DNA of 64,000 nucleotides, taken from positions 1 through 64,000 of the IMG/VR virus record IMGVR_UViG_3300032182_000187. One strand, written 5' to 3'. Source of the DNA: a virus. Shown piece by piece: positions 9,477 to 20,000 of the stretch. The notes under the pieces are model-generated. The model was not told where the DNA came from and did no database searches. It worked only from the letters and a program-made list of their open reading frames with translations. Position 1 is the first letter of the stretch; every line of letters starts with the position of its first letter. Made by a program: the position numbers and the translations under genes.

Positions 9477-10235
9477 TTATTTAAATTCGTATACTACAAC
9501 GAGACCACCTTTACCATATCCACCCTGGATTGAAGTGTGATAACCAGGAGATCCACCAGCACCAAATGCAGCACTAGCAGTATTATCTAGGGCATAATCA
9601 CCTGCGTTTGGATATCCAGTAGGACCAGATCCTCCAAAAAAAGAATTGCCGCCTGTAGGACCAGCATAATACTGGTGACCTGCCCCACCACCACCATATA
9701 GATTCATATCACCACCAGAACCTACACCACCTACACCACCACAGTGTCTATGATCTTGATTGCCTCCTTGACCACCAGTAGCAGAAAGATAACTTCCGAA
9801 AGAAGTAGTTCCTCCGTTAGATGCAGCATCCGAGTATTGTGTAGAATCTGTATTCCCGTTTCCGATTGTTACGGTTACTGAAGATATTCCAGTAATATCA
9901 ATAAGTCTTTCTGCATATCCACCAGCACCTCCGCCCTCACCAACTCCAGACGCAGATCCTCCGCCACCAACAAGACGAACTAAAATTTTATTTACGCCTG
10001 AATCTGGGGTGTATGTGCCACTACTAGTAAAAGTTACCATTCTGTGTGGACCTACTGCGGTCCACGAAGCAACTCCACCAACACATTTCAAAAATTTTCC
10101 TGCCTGTCCAGAAGTCGATGGGGGCATTGCTGTGCCATCTAAAATCTTTCCATCCAGACTCAAGTTATGACTAGATGGAATTTCGATTGTGGTTCCAGAA
10201 GAAGATTTAATTTCGTTAATTCTTAAAATTGACAT
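9477..10235 (-). CDS. Glycine-rich tail-tip/adhesin-like protein, paralogue 2
   Basis: Same architecture as its neighbours, 252 aa. Confidence 0.78.
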   Translation of the reverse strand: MSILRINEIKSSSGTTIEIPSSHNLSLDGKILDGTAMPPSTSGQAGKFLKCVGGVASWTAVGPHRMVTFTSSGTYTPDSGVNKILVRLVGGGGSASGVGEGGGAGGYAERLIDITGISSVTVTIGNGNTDSTQYSDAASNGGTTSFGSYLSATGGQGGNQDHRHCGGVGGVGSGGDMNLYGGGGAGHQYYAGPTGGNSFFGGSGPTGYPNAGDYALDNTASAAFGAGGSPGYHTSIQGGYGKGGLVVVYEFK

Positions 10236-10994
10236 TTACATATACTCCATGATTACAACAATACCATTTGATCCTTTTGCTCCACCGTGGGATCTTGCCC
10301 ATCCACTAGCACCACCGCATCCAGGAGCAGCATTTTCTTCATTATTAATAGGATATCTTCCTCCATTTGGGTGTCCACCTGGACCACCACCTCCGAAATA
10401 ACTTCCACCCCCTTTACTATTATATCGACCGTGACCTGCACCGCCGCCTCCATAGATAGAAAGCATTCCACCAGATCCTACTCCACCTGGACCTCCAGAG
10501 TGTCTAGCAGCTTGATTAGCACCACTTCCTCCACCAGCAGTCATAAAAGAACCGAAAGAAGTGGTTCCTCCAGTTCCAGCTGCTCCTGCATAAGTAGTAC
10601 CACTACCTCCAGTACCTACAGTAACTGCGACTGTATTAATATTATTATCTTCTAGGTTAATAAAACCTTCACAGTATCCAGCAGCACCACCAGTTTCTGA
10701 ATAACTAGTTCCACCACCGCCACCACCAACAAGTCTAACATAAACAATTTTGGTTCCTGCACTAGGAACGTATTGTCCACTTTGAGTAAAAACAATAATA
10801 TTACCAGCACCATAATCAGAATAAACGAAACCAGTTCCATCTGAATAAACTAGTTTACCATCTTGACCAGAAGTTGACGGCAAAACTTTATTTTTATCCA
10901 GAGCTCTTGAACCAATTTGCAACGAATGTCCTGCAGGAATCAGGACAGTCGTGCCAGTGGATGCTTGGATTTTGTTTACGAATAGTGTACTCAT
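10236..10994 (-). CDS. Glycine-rich tail-tip/adhesin-like protein, paralogue 1
   Basis: Same architecture, 252 aa, directly after the giant fibre gene. Confidence 0.78.
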   Translation of the reverse strand: MSTLFVNKIQASTGTTVLIPAGHSLQIGSRALDKNKVLPSTSGQDGKLVYSDGTGFVYSDYGAGNIIVFTQSGQYVPSAGTKIVYVRLVGGGGGGTSYSETGGAAGYCEGFINLEDNNINTVAVTVGTGGSGTTYAGAAGTGGTTSFGSFMTAGGGSGANQAARHSGGPGGVGSGGMLSIYGGGGAGHGRYNSKGGGSYFGGGGPGGHPNGGRYPINNEENAAPGCGGASGWARSHGGAKGSNGIVVIMEYM

Positions 10995-11000
10995 AGTTCT

Positions 11001-14000
11001 TTACACAACAGACCAGGCAGAACCTGCCGAGATAGTAATTGTTACGTTATTATTTATAGTCAATGGTCCTGCACTTACAGCATTGGTGTTTGATGGAATA
11101 GTGACATCTTCTGAGATAATAGTTCTGTTAGTTTTAAAGATGCCATAACTATCAATATACTGACGATCTCCATTAACATAGAAGACTTCAGTATTTGCAC
11201 CACTGGTAAAGGAAGCACCATTGATACCGAAACTTCCAGAAACCTGTAAACCGTAGTCTGGGTTGCCAGTAAATCCATTTGCAGTAGGATCTGCATTGAT
11301 CCAAACTTTAGATGCTCTAAAGATATCAAGTTCATTTTGTGCTTCAGTCCAACGTGAAGTAACGAACTCAGCGTTGTTCTGGAATAGTTGACCATTGAAG
11401 TTAACATCACCTTGAATGTTCAGTTGATAATTTCTTAGTGTGTTATCTTCAGGATCTGTTCCACTGAATGCAGTTGTATTGATTGCAACTCTTCTAGTGT
11501 TACCCTTGATTGCGATAGCAGGAGTTGTGCCCCAGTCAACGCCACCATTGGAATCAGAAGGTGTGATATCAAAGACATCATCTGCAAGTAACTGATTACC
11601 AATTCTGAAGTTTCTGAATCCAGTGGATCCTTTAAATTCGATTGGAGCACCATTGTTGTTAGATGCATCATTAATAAGAAGTTTAGTGGAGGTATAAATA
11701 TTGCCTGCCACATGTAGTTTATAATCCGTTGCGGTAGTTCCAGTCGTTCCTAAGAACAGGGTGCCAGTGCTATTGAGTTGCATTCTAACTGCACCCGCAT
11801 TGGAACCAGATCCAGCAGAAGAGTTAACTGTAGGAACAGATGTTCCATCAAACGAAACTGTGAAATAACCAACATTACTATCGTCTGCACCAATTGCCCA
11901 GAACTGATCGTCGGTTCTGTCGCTAAATCCAATCTGTGGAGATCCAGCAGTATAACCCAACTGAATTCTTCCATGGTTTGAAGTCTGCTCTTCAAAGATT
12001 GCCCAGACATCGTTACCTTCAATAGATCCATCATTAGGAGTGATAATGTGCAAGAGAGACTGTGGATTGTTATGTCCAATACCAACACGTCTGTCCGTAG
12101 AATCAACATACAGAACGTCAGTTGCAACAGAAAGATCGGTAGCGATTGTGACATTGCTTAGGAAGTCTGCTCTACCAGAAATGCTCAGTGCCTGGGTAGT
12201 TGCTAATACACCAGTAATGGTCAAAGGACCAGACATAGTATCACCAGACTTCAGTACGTTCAGCGAAGCAGAACCTACCAGTTCAGCACCAGCATCTAGA
12301 GTGATAGTGCCAGCACCGAATCCACCGTTAGCATCACGAATAACACCTGTGTTTGCTACGCTTCCAGTATTGAAAGTAATGTTACCAGTGTTCCAGACTG
12401 TGTTGCCGTTGATGGAGAAACCATCAGCGTTGACAACCTGTACGTCTAACGTACCGCTGGAGTCTGTGCTATTACCACCAGTTGCGATAATTGCAGTGTT
12501 ATAGTTTGCTGCTGCTTGTTCAGAAGATCTGAAGTAGATACCTGGGGAAGAAGGAATGCCATCCTTTCTACCAAGTCTGAGGTTTGCAGTACCACCATCA
12601 CTCTCAAGTCTTGCAACTTGGAAAGTGCCTGTGGAGTCAAGGGTGAAATCTTGGAAAGCAACACGGTTGTTTGCTTCACCAATAGTCTCAGCACCATCGA
12701 AAGTACCAGACTGTAGTACACCGTAGATGATTGTGAAATCGTTGAAGTTATCAGTTTCGTCGTTAGTTACGATCTGAGTAATCTGAATTTCACCAACACT
12801 CTGTGCAAGGTTATTGTAGAGGTTAATTGGGTTGCCAGGTAAGAATGGCGAAGAAGTTAGAATTGCACCAGAGATGTAGATTCTATATCTTGCGTTACCA
12901 GAGATCGAAAGGATATCTAAACTGTCCTGAATCGACTTAGGAGTGAAGAAGTCTGGCAGTCTATTGTCGGACAACTCACCGAAGTTCATGTTGTATGCGT
13001 TCTGATACCAGATACCTTGACGGTTGTCCAGTTTGTCAGCATCAAGGTCAGTACCAGGACCATCGTTGAGTGAGGTCCAGACCTTACCCCAAGAACCCCA
13101 GTCATCCAGAGTGGTTCCAGAACCACGGAGCCACATGTTGTCATTATCAGTAAATGCTAACTGTCTAGCACCACCACCAGTAGCATCAAATCCAGAACCG
13201 AAGTTTCTGATAGTCATTACTAGGTGTCTTTGACCACCGTCGAGGAGACCATCAGCAGTGTTGTTTCTAGTATCAGCAATAATACCAGAAGAGAACAGGT
13301 TAGGAGATGGAGAAGACGTTGGGTTAGTTACACCAGTAACGAGTCTGAGAGTGTTACCAGACTGACCCGAGATGCTGATGTTGTATGTACCAGACATACG
13401 ATCTGTTGGTACAGTACCTGCGTTTAAGTTAGAAGCATCTAGGTAGTAAGCACCCTGCACACCGTCTAGAAGGTCAGCATCAAGACCACTATCAGCACCA
13501 GTCTTCAGTGTGATAGAACCGTTTCCAGATTCTCCAATCTCGAACTGAGACTTTCTAAATCTCGAAACACCGATTGTGCCATATTCATCAGCAGAAATTG
13601 TCTGGTTAGTAGCACGAAGAACGTCAACCGAAACGTTAGCAAACTGCTTATTAACTGTACTAATCTTCGCCTGGAGAACGAGACCAACACCAGATCCAAT
13701 CTCTGCAGGCAGAGAGGTGATGTTAAAGTCTGCATTGTAGTTAAGACCACCATCAGTTACGGTGAGTTCAGTAACCTCTCCACCAGAAACAATGACGTTT
13801 GCTTTGAGTCCTGTACCAGTACCACCACTTAGAGTCTGGTCAAAGTATTGACCATCAGTGAAACTAGAACCACCCTCAGCAACAACAATGTTGTCTACGA
13901 ATGTACCTTGAGTGTAAGAAGACTCAAATGTAATTGGAGAAGCGCCACGCTCAAATTCAATAATAGTTCCTGCGGGAATTGTTGCAATCAGTGGGTTGGA

Positions 14001-17000
14001 GATAGATACAGTTGTCAAACCGCCAGAGGTAAGAACACCATCAATGTTAGTGTTTTCCTGAATACCAACGACATTTGCTACTACTTCGTGACCAAGTAGA
14101 GTGTCGGAATTGGTAGTAAAGATTAACTGCTGACCACCAATACTTGCATCACTGTATAGTCTAGCAAAGTATCTTGTCTCAGCACCCTTAATAGACTGAA
14201 CTGCCAGAGCATAAGACTGGTCACCACGTAAGAATGTGAAGGAGTTTGCAGCGTTGGAGTTAAGTGCCAAACGAGCAGTCTCAATAACACCCGAAGTAAT
14301 GTCAGATGCTGCAATCTGGTTAGAGGATAGAGATACCCAGTTATTGCTATTGAAAGAAGAGGTGTTAACAACTCTTGTGACATTAACTACTGTTGGTGGA
14401 AGATCACTAGAGTTGATGGTGTCTGCCTCAGTTAACTTGAGTCTGTTTACAATGTCACCATAAAGTCTGTTTTCAATTAGAGCACTACCAGTTGCTTGTG
14501 TACCAGAACCAGATGGTGCAGAGAAGGTAACTGTTGGTTGTACAGTGTATCCCTTACCACCAATAAGACCATTAAACTCTTGGATTTCAACAACAACGAC
14601 CTGACCGTTAGCAATTTCTGCTGTAGCAGATGCTTGGATGTTGCCAGCAGTTGGTTGACCACCAGTAATTGTAATAACAGGTGGGGAAGTGTATCCAGAA
14701 CCAGGATCTGTGATGATGATCTGGAATACAACACCAGTTCTGTATTCAGTTGCTTGAATCTGACCGTTAGACTGACTACCAGTAAAGATATCACCTAGGG
14801 TGAATGATAGGGTAGGATCAACGGGGAAGGATACAAACAGACTATCTAAGTCATTGTTAAGAATGAACGATGTCGATGTATCCTGTTGGATTGCGATGTC
14901 ACCTGCAAGTGCGCCTTCAATGGAGGTTCTTGCTGTAGCATCGGGAACAGTGAATACACTGAAAGGACGTAGAGCAGGGATCTGGTCAACAGAAATCTTA
15001 CCAGAGTCGGTAAGTTCGACCAGTGCTCTAGGAACAGCGTTTGTAGAATATGGTTTGTTGATGTAAGGACCAAGGTTATTTGTAATGTAGTCCTTAACTG
15101 CTTTCTGAGTAGGTAGTTTGGAGTCAGTGGAGTTAGCGCCACCCAGTGTGTTGGATGCGTCGAAACCAGTAACAACAACGTCGCCACCCTTCAGTTTCAA
15201 GAATTCAACTTCCGAGATCGTAACCGTACCAGTGAAGGTGATGTTACCAGTTCTGTTCTCGATTCTTGCGAAAACACCAACCTTGAAGTCACCAAGTTCG
15301 TCAGTACCAGAGACGTATACACGACCATAGCGTTCAGAAACTTGCTCGTTTGCTTCAACTTTAACACCACCGTTTTCAGGCAAGGAGTTGTAGTTAGTAC
15401 CAGAACCTGCGAATTCCCAAGTGTGGGAGGAGGAGTTAACGATAGAAGGTCTGTGTAGTCTGATTGTCTCACCATTCAGACTGGTTGTGGATACTGCTTG
15501 CTGGGTAGCAATATTCTTAAATTCAGCACCGCCACCAGAACCAGAGTCAATTGTAAGTTGAGCAGAGAAAGGAGGACCAACTGTTACAGCATCAACTGCA
15601 TCAATGAAGTATTCAATCTCAGCACTTACGTTTTCAAAACCATCAATCTTGACGATATAGTGCTCAAGAGGTTCTCTTCCAAGACCATCAACGGTAAAGA
15701 TTGTTCTACCAGTTGGAGTAGCAGATACGTTCGTGATAGTACCAACGTCAAAGATGTATGCCTCTTCTCTAAATCCAATAGCACGTAGAGCGAAGATACC
15801 GAAGTTGGTAGCAGAGTTAGTGATAGATGCATAACCACCAGACTCAGAAAGAACACCATCAGCACAGAAGATAACGAAGACCGAAACCAACTGAGTGTAA
15901 CCATCGTTGATAACCTTATAACCAATACCACCGAAGGAAACAATCGTGAATGCCGCAGCAACCATCGACTTACCCTGGTTGGGGAAAGTTGCGGAACCGT
16001 CAAGTTCTAGACCTGCGAAAGGACAGTTAGGTTGTTTGACTCTAGAACCGTCAATTAGAGCACCGCCACCACCTAGGAAGGAGATGATTGAAGAGTTCTG
16101 GGTATATGGAGATGCTTCAATGATTGGGAAATCATCGAAATCAGAACGTGGTGTAAGAACAGTTCCGTTAGCATCGTAGATAGTTACGTCTGGATATGTG
16201 TAAAGATCAACCGTATCTAGAAGTGTGCCATAGTTCTTAACTGTACCACCAGGAGCAATATCTCCACGAAGAATATCGTTGAGCAGTGTGAAGGAGGTTG
16301 TAATGGCAGACTCAATACCTGCACAGTATGGAGTTCCTAGTTGATCAACTAGAATGCTGCTATCTGTGAACAGAGGAATTGGTGAATGAACTGGAGTATA
16401 TACTGCACCCGCACCACCTAAGGTCGCCCAGTTCCTCATAGCGAGGATACAAAGATCTCTTACCTGCTCGAAAGCATAGATGGTTTCATCTCTCTGTGCT
16501 TCGGGAATACCAGTTAGAATAGTTCCAGAATAATATTCCTCAGCGTTCGTAACAATAGCGGCATTACCACCGAGAATAATATCTCTAATCAATGCAGTGA
16601 TAATATAGTTAATATCTCTTCTGCATTTTCTTTGATTAATATCATTCAGAAGAAGGGATGGATACTGCGCTTCAGTCTTGCCTAGTGCTTCATCCGCAAT
16701 GAAGTCTCTGTTTCTAGCAATCAGGTAACCTGCATCCAACTTAGTACCAGATGCGTCATTAGTTAGAACATCGACAAACAGATAGGACAGAACATTGATT
16801 GCTGACTTAACGTTTGCACAATGCTCGACTCCAGGTTGAGTTAGATCTTCTAGAATCGTTGGGTCGATGTACTTGGGTAGAGAAGTATACTGTGCGGTAT
16901 AAACGGGATCCGTTGGAAGACCTGTGCCAGTTCTCCACTTACGCATTGCAAAGATTGCTAGTTCTCTAGCATACTCAATTGCACGTACAGTTTGAATAAT

Positions 17001-20000
17001 TTCGTTATCGATGTAGGTAGCAATTTGAGTGCCTTGAATGTACTTCTTAGCAGCGTCAATAACATTGTAGTTGCTTCCATACTCAAGGTCACGGATGACA
17101 GCATTAAGGAAGTGTCTAATGTCTCTACGACACTTGTTGTCACTAACTGGAATATTGAAACTTGGATATGTCTTCTGTGTAACTACGTTATCAACAGTAC
17201 ACTCAAGAAGAATGTCAGCAAGTTGTACGATACTATCATTTGCTAGTCCTGGGATAGCACTATCAGTTGTGATAGTAGCAGCACCAGTTACAGTATTGTC
17301 ATAAACAAAGCTGGTGATATTATAAGTAGATCCACCAAATGTTACTGTTCCGCCACTTACGTAGTCATGAACAAATCTCGATGGTCCGAGGAATAGTTTG
17401 AATTCGTCGCCACCAACAGACAAAGCATTAGTTGCTGCTCTTACAAATGTGTGAGCAGACTGTGGTAAATGTTTGACTGCTTCTGCAGTAGCACTCACAA
17501 ATGTGTGAGTAGATTGTGGTTCAAACTTAATTGCTCCAGGTTGAGCACTTACGAAGGTGTGCGTAGAACCCGATGCAGTGCCTGCGTCACCGACGTTGAT
17601 AGTAAATGTGCCAGTTTGCCTTCTAATAGCGTCTGTAGCGATGCTGACGAGGGTGTGAGCGCCTGTGTAATCAGAACCACCAATGTTGATTCTAAATCCA
17701 TCCTGAGTTACATTGTCAATCTCAAAGTAACGGTTGCTAGCATAGTCGTAGTTAGTTCTTGGGTAAGACTTGTTAACCGTATTGCCATCTAGAACACAGG
17801 AATAGGTGAGGGCATTATCCTCGACCATAATGTAATCACCATCAGCAAATCCATGACTTGCTAAGGTGAACTGGATAGTTCCTGCAGCAGCGTCATAAAC
17901 TGCATCTGTAGGAGTGTGAGATGTGAAACCAACGTTAGTGATTTCAATGGACTTACCAGAGTAAGGATCTTGTCCTGCACGAGGATATGTGTGGACTTGG
18001 GTATTGCCGTCTTGATCGCAAGTGAATGCGAAAGAATTGTCCTCAAGAACAACATGCTTACCAACTTGTAAACCATGCTGCCCTACAGTGACAGTCATGT
18101 CACCAGTTGAGGCATTGTATGCAACGTCTGTTGGTTGGAAATATTTGTTAGCGGGAGAAGCACCAACATTAACTGTGATGGTGTTCTCGGAAATCGCTGT
18201 GATGGGGATAGAACGCTGTGAGAAGAGATCGTGTCCAGGTCTTGGATAGGTCTTGGCAGCGTCATTGCCATCCATGGTGCAGGTAAAGGTCAACGAGTTG
18301 TCATCGATGACAATACCTTCTCCTACATCTAGTTGGTGAGTTCCAATGGTAAGAACTAAGTTACCTGTTGCAGGATCATAAGTTGCATTAGTTGGAGTGT
18401 ACAGTTGGTTAGGACCAGAAGCACCAACATTAAGTGTAAACGTATTAGTGGTTACTGATTCAATAGGAATTGCTTTGCCAGTAGCATAGTGATGAGATTG
18501 TGGTGCAGTGTGCTCGGTATTGTTACCGTCCATTGCACAAGTGAAGACAATGCTGTCCTCTTCAATCTTTACACCATCACCAACAGATAACCCGTGGTTT
18601 GCAACAGTGAATGTAGAAAGACCAGTCGCAGGATCATAAGTTACATCAGTAGGAGTGAACTGCTGTGTTGGTGTACCATCTACATCATATACAGCAAAGT
18701 ATTCTTTCTTAAATTCATCATTGACTCTACCAACAACTTCATCTGCAATAAAGTCGATATTGTTTCTAATTTGTAGAGAAGCATCTTGGAATCTTCTTGC
18801 TACAGGTGTCGCCATATCAAATTTGTTTGGCGAGTTCAGCAAGGAAAGAGTTACGCCCTTAGATGCCGAAGAAACCTTCGCTAGGTTGCCAGGTTCAAAA
18901 TTGGAGTCTGTGATGACCGAAGTCTTTTTGGGAATAACAAAACGTCTCGAACGACCGTCAGCATCTTCGAGAACTTTGTAAATTCTCTGCTTACCATTCA
19001 AGAATGATAAGTCAGGACCAGAAGTAGGCAGACCTTCAATTAGAATTTCTTGACCTTCTTTTAGTTCGTGGACGTTCTGTCTACCAATCAGTGCGTTGGT
19101 GTAGAAGACGATACCACCAAGATCCTCTGGACCAGCGCCGTCCCATCCATATTGGAATCCACCAGTAGCAACTTCGTCTGTGCCCTGTAGAGAGAAGTCA
19201 ATTCTGGAAATAGGATACTCTACTTCTCCTGGTTCATTGGTGAATACAACTTCACCCTCTGCTCTAATGGACTGAATGTCAGTAGAAACGAACTCATATT
19301 CTGCATCCAGATAATCCAGTGCGTTTGCTCTTGCAGATACAAATGTATGTGGATAGTTGCCACCAGAGATAACAGCGTTTGCTAGAGCACTATCAAATGC
19401 ATGTTCATACTGATCGTCAGGTCCAGATGCACCTACGTTAATTGTAATTGTTGTAGAAGTTACTTCTAGAATTTCTACCGCAGTGTCGTATGCTGGGTCA
19501 GTTGTTCTTGGATAGAAGTGGACACTGGAATAACCATCTTGAGAGCAGGTAAAACCAAGAGACTCTGTTCTTAACTTAATAGAAGTTCCTACAGTTAGCG
19601 TATGAGTGCCAATTGTTAGAACAGCAACACCAGATGCAGGGTCATAGGTAGCATAAGATACCTGATGATTGACAAGTTGAGAGTCGCCAACATCAAGTTC
19701 AAATGTATTAGTTGTTGCTGCAGAAATAGTTAGGAACTGGTTTGCAATTGGGTCGGAAGATCTTGGATAGTATTTGACATTGGTGTTTCCATCCATGTCA
19801 CATGTGAATCCAAGAGATTCGATGTTAATACGAATTTTATCACCATTAGCAAATCCATGGTTGGGAACCGTAAACTCGGAGATACCAGTTTGTGGATCGT
19901 AGGTTACGTTTGTTGGTGTATATGGAGTGGTAATGAAGTATTCAAATGTTTCACCAGAGATGAATGAACCACTGAGAATTTCAATGTTAGCAGTACCTGA

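Noticed and set aside
8714-10994. Diversity-generating retroelement or invertible tail-tip cassette
   Set aside because: No reverse transcriptase or invertase, no near-identical TR/VR pair and no flanking inverted sites; the paralogues differ throughout.
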